Origin: an uncultured Candidatus Entotheonella sp.
Lineage (GTDB): Bacteria > Tectomicrobia > Entotheonellia > Entotheonellales > Entotheonellaceae
Length of the DNA stretch: 64,000 nucleotides
Reading direction: 5' to 3'
Assembly: GCA_965217185.1 (NCBI GenBank)
Contig: OZ244252.1
Location: forward strand, 2,592,001-2,656,000
The notes beneath the pieces are model-generated. The model searched no databases. It worked only from the letters and a program-made list of their open reading frames with translations, and was not told the DNA's origin. Below, piece after piece: positions 37,478-47,355 of this stretch. Numbering within the stretch: position 1 is the stretch's first letter; each line of letters begins with the position of its first letter. The position numbers were made by a program, and so were the translations under genes.

Positions 37478-38341
37478 TTATTGATGCACCAGCGGCATGC
37501 CCGGATAGGGCGCGCGGAAGCTCGGCAGCGTGGTGCCTTCGAGATTGCCCACGTAGGCCGTGCACAGATCGTCGCCGCCGAAACAGAGGTTGCTCGGGCG
37601 CGGCAGAATGGTTCCGGTGGGGTCGTCCAGCAGGATATGCCAGTCCGCCTCCGGCGTCATCACGCCGATGGCGTTACGGAACGGCATGGTGACCCACAGG
37701 TTGCCGGCCTGATCGAAGGAGCAGCCGTCGGGGTAGGAATTTTCGCCCAGGTGCGGGCCAAACTGTTCGCGCGGGCCCAAAGTGCCGTCGGCACGTACCG
37801 GGAAGCGCATGATGCGGATGGTCGAGGTTTCGGCAATGTAGAGGTATTCCTCAGAGGCATCCAGAGTGAAGCCGTTAGCGAAGTACACCTCGGTGGCGGC
37901 GAGGCGCGCTTGGCCGTCCTCGATCACCGCGATGGCGCCGTCGGGCCGCGGCTCCCAAATCGCGGGCCGGCGCGGCTCCGCGTCGGTGGAGTGGGAAACC
38001 CAGATACGGCCCTTGCTATCGACGTACGGAAAGTTGGGGGCCTTCAAGGCGCGGCCATCAGCGTGCGTTGCCAGCACCTCGTGCCGGCCGTCGGGGTGCA
38101 GTCGCTGCACCTGGCCGTTGCCGATATTCGCCACGATGATGTCGCCGTTCGTGTCGATGCAGATGCCATTCGGCATGCCCTGCAAATCCCCCACCAGGGT
38201 ATGCTCGCCATCGGGCGTAATGCGGGCGCAGCCGCCGCGCTCGTCGGCCGCCCAGACGGTGCCGTCCCGTGCCGCCATGGCGCCTTCCGGGCGGTGCAGA
38301 TCGTGACTGAATTGGGTGATGTCCGACAGCGCGAGTTGCAT
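37478..38341 (-). CDS. SMP-30/gluconolactonase family protein
   Basis: RPEG, PNG, FANG, YPDGCSFDQAGNLWV, PSNLCFGG; GGAGG SD. Confidence 0.9.
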   Translation of the reverse strand: MQLALSDITQFSHDLHRPEGAMAARDGTVWAADERGGCARITPDGEHTLVGDLQGMPNGICIDTNGDIIVANIGNGQVQRLHPDGRHEVLATHADGRALKAPNFPYVDSKGRIWVSHSTDAEPRRPAIWEPRPDGAIAVIEDGQARLAATEVYFANGFTLDASEEYLYIAETSTIRIMRFPVRADGTLGPREQFGPHLGENSYPDGCSFDQAGNLWVTMPFRNAIGVMTPEADWHILLDDPTGTILPRPSNLCFGGDDLCTAYVGNLEGTTLPSFRAPYPGMPLVHQ

Positions 38342-38544
38342 ATTTGTCCTCCGGGCAGGGTGGTGTTGGTGCTGGTTTAAAGGGCCGCCACTATAGCGGA
38401 CGGCCTTGGACGGTACAAGCCGCGGGCTGTCTTGACATCCCCATCGCCGCCGTCGCATGATGCCGCGCGGGGAGTTCTCCCCGCCTCCTGCAATGCTCTC
38501 GACACCCTGCCGTATGGCCACATTACGAAACGATCGGAGACACG

Positions 38545-39573
38545 ATGCAGTATACGAAGCTCGGGCGCACCGGCATGACGGTGTCGCGAATCTGTCTTGG
38601 ATGCATGAGTTACGGCGGTGGCGAACAGCCCGCCTGGGCGCGGCCCCGAGATTGGGCTCTGAGCAAGGAAGACGCCCGCGAGCACTTCGCCTTGGCGCTG
38701 GAGGCCGGCGTTACCTTTTTCGACACCGCCGACGTATACTCGGTGGGTCTGAGCGAGGCCATTACGGGCCATTGGCTGGGCGAAATGGCGCAGCGCGACG
38801 ACATCGTGGTCGCCACCAAGGTGAACGGCGCCATGGGGCCGGGACCCAACCGCCGCGGCCTGAGCCGCAAGCACATCATCGAGGCGTGCGAGAATTCGCT
38901 GCGGCGGCTCAACATGGACTACATCGACCTCTACCAGATCCATCGATGGGACCCGACCACCCCGATCGAGGAAACACTCGATGCGCTCGACTCGCTGGTG
39001 CGCTCCGGCAAGGTGCGCTATCTGGGCGCCAGCAGCATGGCGACGTGGCAGTTTTCCAAGGCGTTGTACGTGGCGCGCGAGCACGGCTGGCACCGCTTCG
39101 TGGCCATGCAGAACCATTACAACCTGATCTACCGCGAGGAGGAACGTGAGATGATTCCGCTATGCCTGGATCAGGGGGTGGGGCTCATTCCGTGGAGTCC
39201 GCTGGCGCGGGGATTTTTTGCTGGTAACCGTCACGGCGAAGATGAGGCATCGGCAACCAGGCGGGCGCAGACAGACGATTTTGCGCAGCAGATGTATTTC
39301 CGGGACAACGATTTCAAGGTCGCGGCCGCCGCGCAGCAGGTCGCCAGCCAACACGGGGTTACGCCCACCCAGATCGCCTGCGCCTGGATTCTACAAGCAC
39401 CGGGCGTCACCGCGCCCATCATCGGCGCCACCAAGATTCATCACCTCAAGGAACTCTTTGACGCCGTTGACATCACCCTCAGCGCCGAGGAAGTGGCGGC
39501 GCTTGAGGAATCCTACCAGCCCCATCCCATTCTGGGCCACGAGCAGCCCAAACCGGCGGACATGGCCGGATAA
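38545..39573 (+). CDS. Aldo/keto reductase
   Basis: VSRICLGCM, FDTADVYS, IDLYQIHRWD, GKVRYLGAS, WSPLARG. Confidence 0.95.
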   Translation: MQYTKLGRTGMTVSRICLGCMSYGGGEQPAWARPRDWALSKEDAREHFALALEAGVTFFDTADVYSVGLSEAITGHWLGEMAQRDDIVVATKVNGAMGPGPNRRGLSRKHIIEACENSLRRLNMDYIDLYQIHRWDPTTPIEETLDALDSLVRSGKVRYLGASSMATWQFSKALYVAREHGWHRFVAMQNHYNLIYREEEREMIPLCLDQGVGLIPWSPLARGFFAGNRHGEDEASATRRAQTDDFAQQMYFRDNDFKVAAAAQQVASQHGVTPTQIACAWILQAPGVTAPIIGATKIHHLKELFDAVDITLSAEEVAALEESYQPHPILGHEQPKPADMAG

Positions 39574-39584
39574 CACGCGACTTA

Positions 39585-40031
39585 TCAGCCGTAGCGGGGA
39601 TGCCAGGAACCGCTCCAGGTGGTCATCTTGCTCGGTGTCAGCTTCAGCAGGTAACGGGGCTTGTCGAGCGTGCCGCGCAGGTAGGTAAGCCCCGCCTCGC
39701 CGCCGTAGCGTTGGGCCATTTCGGTGGCGATCTCCAACATTTGCCCCTCCATCCTGACCGGCCCGGCCACGACTTCGATGTTGCCCTCGAGCAGCACGCG
39801 GGGGTGCGCCGGGTCAACGTCGTCGGCGCACGAGACGGCGACCCGCGCTTCGTGTTGGATGTGGGCGACGAAGCGGGACTTTTCGCGCGGAATGATATAC
39901 ATCGACGTGCCGTCCCAGTACTGCCACACCGGTACCACGTACGGCGCGCCGTCGGGCTTTACGGTTGCCAGGCGGGCGTTGATCGGGCCCGCCAACAAGG
40001 CGTCGAGTTGGGTTTTGGTCAACGGCGGCAT
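39585..40031 (-). CDS. Pyridoxamine 5'-phosphate oxidase-like (PPOX, possibly F420-dependent) protein
   Basis: ARLATVKPDGAPYVVPVW, HI..EARVAV. Confidence 0.82.
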   Translation of the reverse strand: MPPLTKTQLDALLAGPINARLATVKPDGAPYVVPVWQYWDGTSMYIIPREKSRFVAHIQHEARVAVSCADDVDPAHPRVLLEGNIEVVAGPVRMEGQMLEIATEMAQRYGGEAGLTYLRGTLDKPRYLLKLTPSKMTTWSGSWHPRYG

Positions 40032-40046
40032 GGTGTGCTCCTCAGA

Positions 40047-40973
40047 TCATACAAATGCGACGTGGCCCTCGGCCCACGCCTTGATGAGGTGATGGGCGAT
40101 GGCGATGGGCGCCGGAACGCGCAGGTCCGGGTTTTCGTCGCGCAGCGCTGCCTGCACCGCGTCGCGGCTGAACCAGCGCACGTCCGTCATTTCCTCGTCG
40201 TCGATGTGAATGTCCGTACTCAGCGCCCGCCCGTGGCAGCCGATCATCAACGACGACGGAAACGGCCACGGCTGCGACGAATGGTAGCGCACCTCACCGA
40301 CCTGGATTCCCGCCTCTTCCTTCACCTCACGTCGTACCGCTTCTTCGACCGACTCGCCCTGGTTCATGAATCCGGCCAAGGCGGAATACATGCCCGTGCG
40401 CGACAAGCGGCCGCGGCTCTGGCCCAGCAGGCAGCAGTCCTCGTCCGCTATCAGCATGATGGCCACGGGGTCGGTGCGGGGGAAATGCTCGGCCTTGCAG
40501 GCGGGGCACCGACGCACGATACCGCCGCGGCCCTGCGCAGTACGCTCGCCGCACACGCTGCAGAACCGGTGGCGCTGGTGCCAGTCGATCTGGGACCGAC
40601 TTTGCGCCACGATGCCCGCGTCGGGGCCGCACAGTTGGGTGGCGGCCGTGCGGGCGTCTTCAAAGCGCCAGCCATCCACCAAACCCAAGTCGGTAAGTGG
40701 CTCTTCCAGAACCGAAACGTCGATGGCAAAGTGCGCCACACCATCCCGCAGGCCGAGAAAAACGGGCGGCACGCCGTTTATGCACGACGCCAGCGCCTCA
40801 GGCCCCAGCCAGCCGAGCCGCGTGTCCGCATCGTCCCGGATCAAGATGTTGAGTTGCCACAATGGCAAAAACCGGCTGCCAGGGTTTCCGGCCTGTTCGT
40901 CCAACCATCGCTGATCGCGGCGCTGCACGTCGCCGTGGTCGAGCGGGTTACCAGCAAACACGTGTGGGGTCAT
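40047..40973 (-). CDS. nudC: NAD(+) diphosphatase / NAD-cap decapping enzyme
   Basis: HRFCSVCG..CPAC..FPRTDP, AGF..GES.EEAVRREVKEE, SQPWPFPSS. Confidence 0.95.
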   Translation of the reverse strand: MTPHVFAGNPLDHGDVQRRDQRWLDEQAGNPGSRFLPLWQLNILIRDDADTRLGWLGPEALASCINGVPPVFLGLRDGVAHFAIDVSVLEEPLTDLGLVDGWRFEDARTAATQLCGPDAGIVAQSRSQIDWHQRHRFCSVCGERTAQGRGGIVRRCPACKAEHFPRTDPVAIMLIADEDCCLLGQSRGRLSRTGMYSALAGFMNQGESVEEAVRREVKEEAGIQVGEVRYHSSQPWPFPSSLMIGCHGRALSTDIHIDDEEMTDVRWFSRDAVQAALRDENPDLRVPAPIAIAHHLIKAWAEGHVAFV

Positions 40974-41076
40974 GTTCTTCTTCCGATCGCAAGGCAGGAA
41001 GTTGAAGGCGTAGGGCGGGCTATTAGCCCCTATAACAGTGGAAACGACTTAGCAGCTTACCACAACCCGTCCTCCC

Positions 41077-41301
41077 TCACGACGCCTGCGGCGGCGTGCT
41101 CTCGATCAGGGGATAGCCAAGCTGGCGCAGCCGCTCGGCGGTCCGGCGCAACCGCTCCGGGTCGCTGATGGCCATAGTGGCTTCGGGGGGGCCGATCCAC
41201 GTCTTGGTTTTGGGCGTGGCGAAGAGCCGTCCGATAATTTCCTGCGGCCCCCGGACGGTGCCGCCTTCGTAATCGATATACAGGGTTGGTTTGTCGGCCA
41301 T
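41077..41301 (-). CDS. Hypothetical protein, 74 aa
   Basis: AAGGAG SD, GC3-biased codons. Confidence 0.55.
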   Translation of the reverse strand: MADKPTLYIDYEGGTVRGPQEIIGRLFATPKTKTWIGPPEATMAISDPERLRRTAERLRQLGYPLIESTPPQAS

Positions 41302-41451
41302 GAGGGCTCCTTTCGGGATGTGTTTTCAATGGATGCCAACGGTATTGGACCCGCCGCCGTCATCGTGCCGTGTCGTCAGCCATTATCGGATATAATGCCC
41401 CGCTTGATAACCATTGCGCGCAGATATAACCAAACCGTAGAGGGGCCGCTG

Positions 41452-42633
41452 ATGAAACTGACGGGCTACGAGACCCTGCACTGCGACGCCGGGTGGCGGG
41501 TGTTCTCGTTCTTGAAACTGACCACGGACGAGGGTCTGCACGGCATCTCCGAGTATAACGAGAGTTACGGCAGCCCCGGTCTCAGCGGGGTCATCGAGAA
41601 TCTGGCGAACCGCCTGATAGGCAGGGATCCCTGCTCCCACGAACTCTTGAGCCAGCAGCTCTATGCCATCACTCGGCAAGCCTGCGGAGGGATGACGCAG
41701 CAGGCGATTGCGGCCATTGAGAACGCTCTGCTCGACATCAAGGGCAAGGCCCTGGGCGTGCCGGTGCACGCGCTGCTCGGCGGGGCGGTTCGGGACCGCT
41801 TGCCGCTGTATTGGTCGCACTGCGGCACGTACCGCATGGCCACCAACTCGGCGCAGATCATGGGCAAGCCAAAACTCGAACGCGTCGAGGACCTTGTGGC
41901 GCTGGGTCAGGAAGTCCGCGAGCGCGGGTTCAAAGCCCTGAAGACCAACATCTTCCTGTTCGACGGTGAGCCGCGCCTGCACATGCCGGGTTTCGGCGGC
42001 ACGCCGGGGTGGCCGTCGCTGAATGCCGAGCGATCCGTCATCAACGCCCTGCGCACCCAACTGGAGGCGCTGCGCGCCGGCGCCGGCCCCGACGTCGGCA
42101 TCCTGCTCGACCTCAATTTCAACTTCAAGACCGAGGGCTACCTGCAAGTGACACGCGCGCTTGACGACCTCGGCCTCTTCTGGTTCGAGCTGGACATCTA
42201 CGATCCCGCCTCGCTGCGGCGCATCCGCGACGCGCTGCGGACACCAGTCGCCTCCTGCGAGTCGCTGTTCGGCGTGCGCGGCTTCAAGCCTTATTTCGAG
42301 CACTACGCCATGGACGTGGCCATCATCGACGTGCCGTGGAACGGCATCTGGCAGGGGCTGAAAATCGCCGCCATGGCCGAAGCCTACGAGGTCAACGTGG
42401 CGCCGCACAACTTTTACGGCCACCTCTCGACCCTGATGAGCGCCCACCTGTGCGCCGCTGTGCCCAATTTCCGCATCATGGAAATCGACGTCGACGACGT
42501 GCCGTGGAAGGACGACATCGTGACGTACGTGCCGGAAATCGAGAACGGGCAGCTTCGGGTACCCAACGCCCCCGGCTGGGGCACCGACCTGAACGAGGAA
42601 GCCATTCGCGCCCATCCCCCCTTGCCACGCTGA
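41452..42633 (+). CDS. Mandelate racemase/muconate lactonizing enzyme family (acid dehydratase-like)
   Basis: AIENALLDIKGKALGVPV..LLGG, KALK, DLN, WFE, ASCE, APHN. Confidence 0.92.
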   Translation: MKLTGYETLHCDAGWRVFSFLKLTTDEGLHGISEYNESYGSPGLSGVIENLANRLIGRDPCSHELLSQQLYAITRQACGGMTQQAIAAIENALLDIKGKALGVPVHALLGGAVRDRLPLYWSHCGTYRMATNSAQIMGKPKLERVEDLVALGQEVRERGFKALKTNIFLFDGEPRLHMPGFGGTPGWPSLNAERSVINALRTQLEALRAGAGPDVGILLDLNFNFKTEGYLQVTRALDDLGLFWFELDIYDPASLRRIRDALRTPVASCESLFGVRGFKPYFEHYAMDVAIIDVPWNGIWQGLKIAAMAEAYEVNVAPHNFYGHLSTLMSAHLCAAVPNFRIMEIDVDDVPWKDDIVTYVPEIENGQLRVPNAPGWGTDLNEEAIRAHPPLPR

Positions 42634-42656
42634 CACGCCAGGAAGGAATCCAAGGC

Positions 42657-43850
42657 ATGACGACGAAGCCGCTGCACGGAATCAAAGTATTGGACCTGAC
42701 ACGGGTCCTCGCCGGCCCCTATTGCACCATGCTGCTCGCCGACATGGGCGCCGACGTGGTGAAGGTGGAACGCCCCGGCGCCGGGGACGACACCCGCGCC
42801 TACGGTCCGCCGTTCGTCAATGGCGAGAGCGCCTATTTCATGAGCATCAACCGCAACAAGAGAAGCCTGACACTGAACCTCAAGCACGCCGACGGGTTGA
42901 AGGTGCTGGAGCGGCTGATCGCCACGGCGGACGTGCTGGTGGAGAATTTCCGGCCGGGCACCATGGAATCGTTCGGTTATGAGTACGAAAAAGCGCGCGC
43001 GGTCAACCCGCGCCTGATCTTCTGCTCCATATCGGGCTTCGGCCACACCGGCCCGAAGGCCGCCCTGCCGGGTTACGACCTGATCATCCAGGGCGAAGGC
43101 GGCGTCTCCAGCCTCACCGGCAGCCCGGACGGCCCGCCGTACAAGGTCGGCACCTCGCCGGGCGACGTGGTGGCCGGCATGATGGGCTTCCAGGGTATTC
43201 TGCTGTCGCTGTTGTCGCGCCAGCAAACCGGCTGCGGGCAGAAAATCGACATCGGCATGCTGGACTGCCAGGTGGCACTGTTGACCTATCAGGCGGGCAT
43301 CTACTTTGCCACCGGCGAGAGCCCGACGCGCATGGGCAACCAGCACCCCACCATCACGCCGTACGAGACATATCTCTGTGAAGACGGCTACATCAACCTG
43401 GCCTGCGGCAACGACGCCATGTGGCGGGCGTTCTGCGGCGCTCTGGGACGCACGGACTGGACTGAAGACGCCCGTTTTGCCACCAACGCCGACCGCGTGC
43501 AGCACCGCAAGCAATTGCAGGAGCTGCTCGAGCCGGTCATGCGGCAGAAAACGACGCGCGAATGGGTGGATACGCTGCAGCGGCACGGCATTCCGTGCGG
43601 CGTTATTCAGTCGGTGGGCGAGGTGTGCGAGGACCCGCAAGTAACGGCGCGCGACATGGTGGTCGAGTTGGAGCATCCCAAGGCCGGGCCGCTGCGGGTG
43701 ACGGGGGTGCCGATCAAGCTCTCCGAAACACCGGGGGCCGTGACCACGCCGCCACCGTTGCTGGGCGAACACACCGAACGGGTGCTGTCCGAATGGCTGC
43801 ACATGGACGCCGCGGAGGTCGAACGCCTGCGCAGCGCCAAAGCCCTTTAG
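42657..43850 (+). CDS. CaiB/BaiF family III CoA transferase
   Basis: DLTRVLAGPYC, GDDTR, NRNKRS, ENFRPG, GYD, PPLLGEHT. Confidence 0.95.
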   Translation: MTTKPLHGIKVLDLTRVLAGPYCTMLLADMGADVVKVERPGAGDDTRAYGPPFVNGESAYFMSINRNKRSLTLNLKHADGLKVLERLIATADVLVENFRPGTMESFGYEYEKARAVNPRLIFCSISGFGHTGPKAALPGYDLIIQGEGGVSSLTGSPDGPPYKVGTSPGDVVAGMMGFQGILLSLLSRQQTGCGQKIDIGMLDCQVALLTYQAGIYFATGESPTRMGNQHPTITPYETYLCEDGYINLACGNDAMWRAFCGALGRTDWTEDARFATNADRVQHRKQLQELLEPVMRQKTTREWVDTLQRHGIPCGVIQSVGEVCEDPQVTARDMVVELEHPKAGPLRVTGVPIKLSETPGAVTTPPPLLGEHTERVLSEWLHMDAAEVERLRSAKAL

Positions 43851-43895
43851 GGGCATCACAACCAGGCATTCATCGCAGATGGGTGAGGCAACCAC

Positions 43896-44093
43896 ATGGC
43901 GTACACGATTTGGCGCAAGCCATACGGCAGCGAGGAGTGGGTCTTCGATGGCATGCAGATCGACAGTGAAAAGCTCGCCGATCAAACCTTTTCCATGTAC
44001 CACCTGGCGCCGGGCGAGACCATTCAACTGCGCGATCCGGACGGCTTCGTGATTGAAGAACGGCGCGACGAATCGCGGCCGTTTCCCAACTGA
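43896..44093 (+). CDS. Hypothetical protein, 65 aa
   Basis: GAGG SD, host-like codon usage. Confidence 0.6.
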   Translation: MAYTIWRKPYGSEEWVFDGMQIDSEKLADQTFSMYHLAPGETIQLRDPDGFVIEERRDESRPFPN

Positions 44094-44108
44094 TTGAGGA
44101 ATTGATCA

Positions 44109-45176
44109 ATGGTTGAAAACCCTACTCCTGACGATTTCGAAATCGATTCCACCGAGGAATCTTCTGACGAAGAACGAGATCAACTCAGATACGAGATCTC
44201 TTACTACCCCTCTGATGTGACCCTAAAGGGCTACCTGGACAAGTGGAACGCCAAGCAACTTCTGATCCCCGAATTCCAAAGGGCGTACGTTTGGGATCAG
44301 ACTCGCGCCAGCAAGCTTATTGAATCATTCTTGCTGGGTCTTCCGGTTCCCGGTGTATTCCTTTACAAGGAGCGCCCAACCAATAAACAACTGGTAATTG
44401 ACGGGCAGCAACGAATCCTTTCAGCAATACGATTCTTCGAAGGCAGCTTTGACGATCGGGCGTTTCGGTTGAAGAACGTCGATCCTCGCTGGGAGGGAAA
44501 AACCTTTCAGGAGCTGTTGGAGCGGGATCAAATACAACTGAATGACTCGGTTCTCCGGGCCACAGTCGTTCAGCAACTCGACCCAGGCGATAACACGAGC
44601 GTCTATCACATCTTCGAGCGACTGAATAGCGGTGGTGTAAAACTCAGCGCGATGGAGGTCCGAAAATGCGTTTACGCTGGCCCATTCTTTCAGTTGCTCG
44701 AAACACTGAACAAAGATACTAACTGGCAGGCGATCCTGGGTAGAAGTGACCCCGACGGACGATTGCGCGACGTTGAACTCGTCCTTCGTTTTCTCGCCAT
44801 GAGGGAAGGATGGATGAACTATGAAAAACCCATGAAGAAGTTTCTTAACGACCTCATGGTGAGCAAGCAAAAACTCAGTGAGACGGAAACAGAAAAAATC
44901 CGTCTTATGTTCGAACAGACCTGCGCCGATGTTGTTCAGCAACTTGGCGAGAAGCCTTTTCATCTGCGATCACGCACCCTTAATCCTGGCATGTTGGACG
45001 CGGTCATGGTGATGATGTCTCTTGCGAGAGACAAGGGCATTACAGATGGAGGTAAACGCTACCAAACCTTGCGGTCTGATCAGGCTTTTCTCGATACTGT
45101 TCTGACCCGATACACAAGTGAAACCCACATGGTTAGACAACGGTTTGAACATGCGAAACAGATAATGCTCGGATAG
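44109..45176 (+). CDS. DUF262 (GmrSD N-terminal, ParB/Srx fold) protein
   Basis: IPEFQRAYVW, LIESFLLGLPVP, VIDGQQR, IFERLNSGG; AT-richer. Confidence 0.92.
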   Translation: MVENPTPDDFEIDSTEESSDEERDQLRYEISYYPSDVTLKGYLDKWNAKQLLIPEFQRAYVWDQTRASKLIESFLLGLPVPGVFLYKERPTNKQLVIDGQQRILSAIRFFEGSFDDRAFRLKNVDPRWEGKTFQELLERDQIQLNDSVLRATVVQQLDPGDNTSVYHIFERLNSGGVKLSAMEVRKCVYAGPFFQLLETLNKDTNWQAILGRSDPDGRLRDVELVLRFLAMREGWMNYEKPMKKFLNDLMVSKQKLSETETEKIRLMFEQTCADVVQQLGEKPFHLRSRTLNPGMLDAVMVMMSLARDKGITDGGKRYQTLRSDQAFLDTVLTRYTSETHMVRQRFEHAKQIMLG

Positions 45177-45205
45177 CGCCAACCCTTGCCTTGTTGCAGC
45201 CCACT

Positions 45206-45673
45206 ATGCCTGGATACCTCGTTCGAACCCAAGCTGTATTCGAAGAATGCGAACAGCATCTTCAAAGCGCCGAGGCGGCTGGGTCTCCTATAGAATCGTA
45301 TTTCACCGAGCACATACTTGTTGTGCTATGCGGCGACGTGCAGGGGGCGCTCTATACCATTGCGGACGAGCGAGCCCAACAGGCGTCCGATCTGGCTCTC
45401 CACATATTTGTGTCTGAAGCAAGCGTCAAGCTCCTTCGAAGCGTGCAAAAGAATGAAATTGCGGCCTTTATTGGGTTCTTCGGGCCAGCATACAAAGAAG
45501 CATTCAACAACTCGCTCGATGAGCGCGACGTCACGACCTACAACAACGCGGTACGTCAAAGGCACCAAGTGGCGCATCATGGAGGCGGCACAATGACGTT
45601 CCGGGAACTCCCCGACGCAATTGCGGCAGCAAACAAAATTCTGGATTCGGCACGGACAGCCCTCACACTATGA
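45206..45673 (+). CDS. HEPN-domain protein (RiboL-PSP-HEPN-like); alternative TTG start at 45191
   Basis: RHQVAH Rx4H motif, helical ~155 aa, directly downstream of DUF262. Confidence 0.78.
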   Translation: MPGYLVRTQAVFEECEQHLQSAEAAGSPIESYFTEHILVVLCGDVQGALYTIADERAQQASDLALHIFVSEASVKLLRSVQKNEIAAFIGFFGPAYKEAFNNSLDERDVTTYNNAVRQRHQVAHHGGGTMTFRELPDAIAAANKILDSARTALTL

Positions 45674-45689
45674 AACGCCAAAGGTGGGC

Positions 45690-45890
45690 TCATCCTTTGA
45701 CGTCCCCTCCTTCTTCGAGCCACCACGGGTAGGCGGGTTCCTCGTCGATCGTGACGGTTAATCCGTCGTGGGGCCGCAGACGTTGGATGGCCTTCCTGGC
45801 GATCTCCCGCTTGGCCTCGGTATCCACGACGATGCGGGAATCCGGGGCGGCTTTGCGGATGCGTTTCTCCAGCATTTCAAGCCACGTCAT
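45690..45890 (-). CDS. Hypothetical protein, 66 aa
   Basis: AGGAG SD, follows purM. Confidence 0.5.
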   Translation of the reverse strand: MTWLEMLEKRIRKAAPDSRIVVDTEAKREIARKAIQRLRPHDGLTVTIDEEPAYPWWLEEGGDVKG

Positions 45891-45912
45891 CGAATGACTC
45901 TCCTAAAGCCAA

Positions 45913-47037
45913 TCACCACGGGTCACTAAGCAGATCGCCGGGGTTGAAACAGCCGCGGCTGCGTAGGCGGATACCGGGTTCTGCTGTGACGGCTCCGACC
46001 ACCTGCGCAGTGATGCCGTGGCGTTCGGCGACCGCCAGCACGGCGTCGGGTTGCGGCGTGCAGAGCAGCATGCCGTGGCCCATGTTCCACACCCGGTAGG
46101 CTTCCCGGTCGCTCACCGGCCCGTGCGTCTGCAAGTACGCCAGCAGCGGCCCTGGTGGTAAAGGTGAAGTCAGGTCAGCGCCCAGATTAGCGCGACGCAG
46201 CAGGCGCCAGAGCTTGCCCGGCACCCCGCCGCCGGTGACGTGCACGACGCCGTGCAGCGGCGCTTGCGGCTCGCCGTGGATGCCGCCAAGCATGTCGACG
46301 ACGGCCTTGGTGAAAATGCGCGACGGCTGCAAAGCCAGCTCGCCCAAAGTCGTCTCGCCGTGCGGCACGGTGTGCCAGTCGCCGCCGTGTAGGCGCTGCA
46401 GAATCTGACGCAGCAAGGTGTAGCCATTCGAGCGACAGCCGGTTTCGGCCAGGCCCACGATGGCGTCGCCGGCACGCACCGCAGCACCGCTCAGCAATCG
46501 GTCGCGGCGGGCGAACCACACCACGCCGGCGCCCCAGTTGCAGGTGAAGGGGCCATAGCCGTTGAGACGCGAGCCGCATTCCGCCAGTTCGCCGTTGAGC
46601 ACGGCAACGCCGGCAGCATCAGCGGCCGATACGTAGCCCTCGGCAAGCTGGGCGACAGCGTCGAGGTGCACGCGGTTCACGTCCAGAACGGTACCCACCA
46701 GCACCGGCTCGGCGCCCTGGGTGACGGCGTCATCGCACACCATGGCAAACAGATCGTGGGCCAGGGTGTCCCAGACGCCCATGCGCTCGGCAATTTCGAT
46801 CTTGCTGCCAATGCCGTCGAAGCCGATCCCCAACACCGTATCGCTCGGCAGGTTTCCCACCTCGATGGCGCGTATGCCGGAGAAATCGTCGTGCGGTATA
46901 ATCACGGCGCCCAGACGGTCCTGCCGCTGTTGCCAGGTTTGCTGGGCGGCCTCGTAGAGCAGGCGCGAGGCGGCGTCGCCGAGTTCCAGATCGACACCTG
47001 CGGCGGCGTAGGTAACAGGATCACGTGTTTCTGCCAT
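45913..47037 (-). CDS. purM: Phosphoribosylaminoimidazole (AIR) synthetase, divergent type
   Basis: TYAAAGVD, DGIGSK, GELAE, RSNGYTL, HVTGGG, WNMGHG. Confidence 0.85.
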   Translation of the reverse strand: MAETRDPVTYAAAGVDLELGDAASRLLYEAAQQTWQQRQDRLGAVIIPHDDFSGIRAIEVGNLPSDTVLGIGFDGIGSKIEIAERMGVWDTLAHDLFAMVCDDAVTQGAEPVLVGTVLDVNRVHLDAVAQLAEGYVSAADAAGVAVLNGELAECGSRLNGYGPFTCNWGAGVVWFARRDRLLSGAAVRAGDAIVGLAETGCRSNGYTLLRQILQRLHGGDWHTVPHGETTLGELALQPSRIFTKAVVDMLGGIHGEPQAPLHGVVHVTGGGVPGKLWRLLRRANLGADLTSPLPPGPLLAYLQTHGPVSDREAYRVWNMGHGMLLCTPQPDAVLAVAERHGITAQVVGAVTAEPGIRLRSRGCFNPGDLLSDPW

Positions 47038-47069
47038 GAAGTGCCTCAGCCCGAGGAAAGGAGGGGGAA

Positions 47070-47282
47070 ATGTCCGAACAGCCGCACTACAAGACGCTGG
47101 AGGCGTCAGAGTTATTTTGCCAGCGCTGCCGACAGTCGCAGCCCGTGCGCCAACATTTGTTGCTGGTCCTGCCGACGGGGAACAAGTACGACTACCGCTG
47201 TGCGGTCTGCGCGACCTCGGTGGGATCGAAAATGGATTCGGACGCCAGCGATTTCTCCACCCTACTTTCCGGTCGGAAATAA
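47070..47282 (+). CDS. Small Zn-ribbon protein
   Basis: CQRC..LLLVLP.G..Y.YRCAVC; GGAGGGG SD. Confidence 0.75.
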   Translation: MSEQPHYKTLEASELFCQRCRQSQPVRQHLLLVLPTGNKYDYRCAVCATSVGSKMDSDASDFSTLLSGRK

Positions 47283-47355
47283 CACCTGCCCTGCCGGTCC
47301 CTTCTCCAGAAGCCCGAATACGCCCTCTCAAGGTAAGGACGCCCTACCGGCAAGC

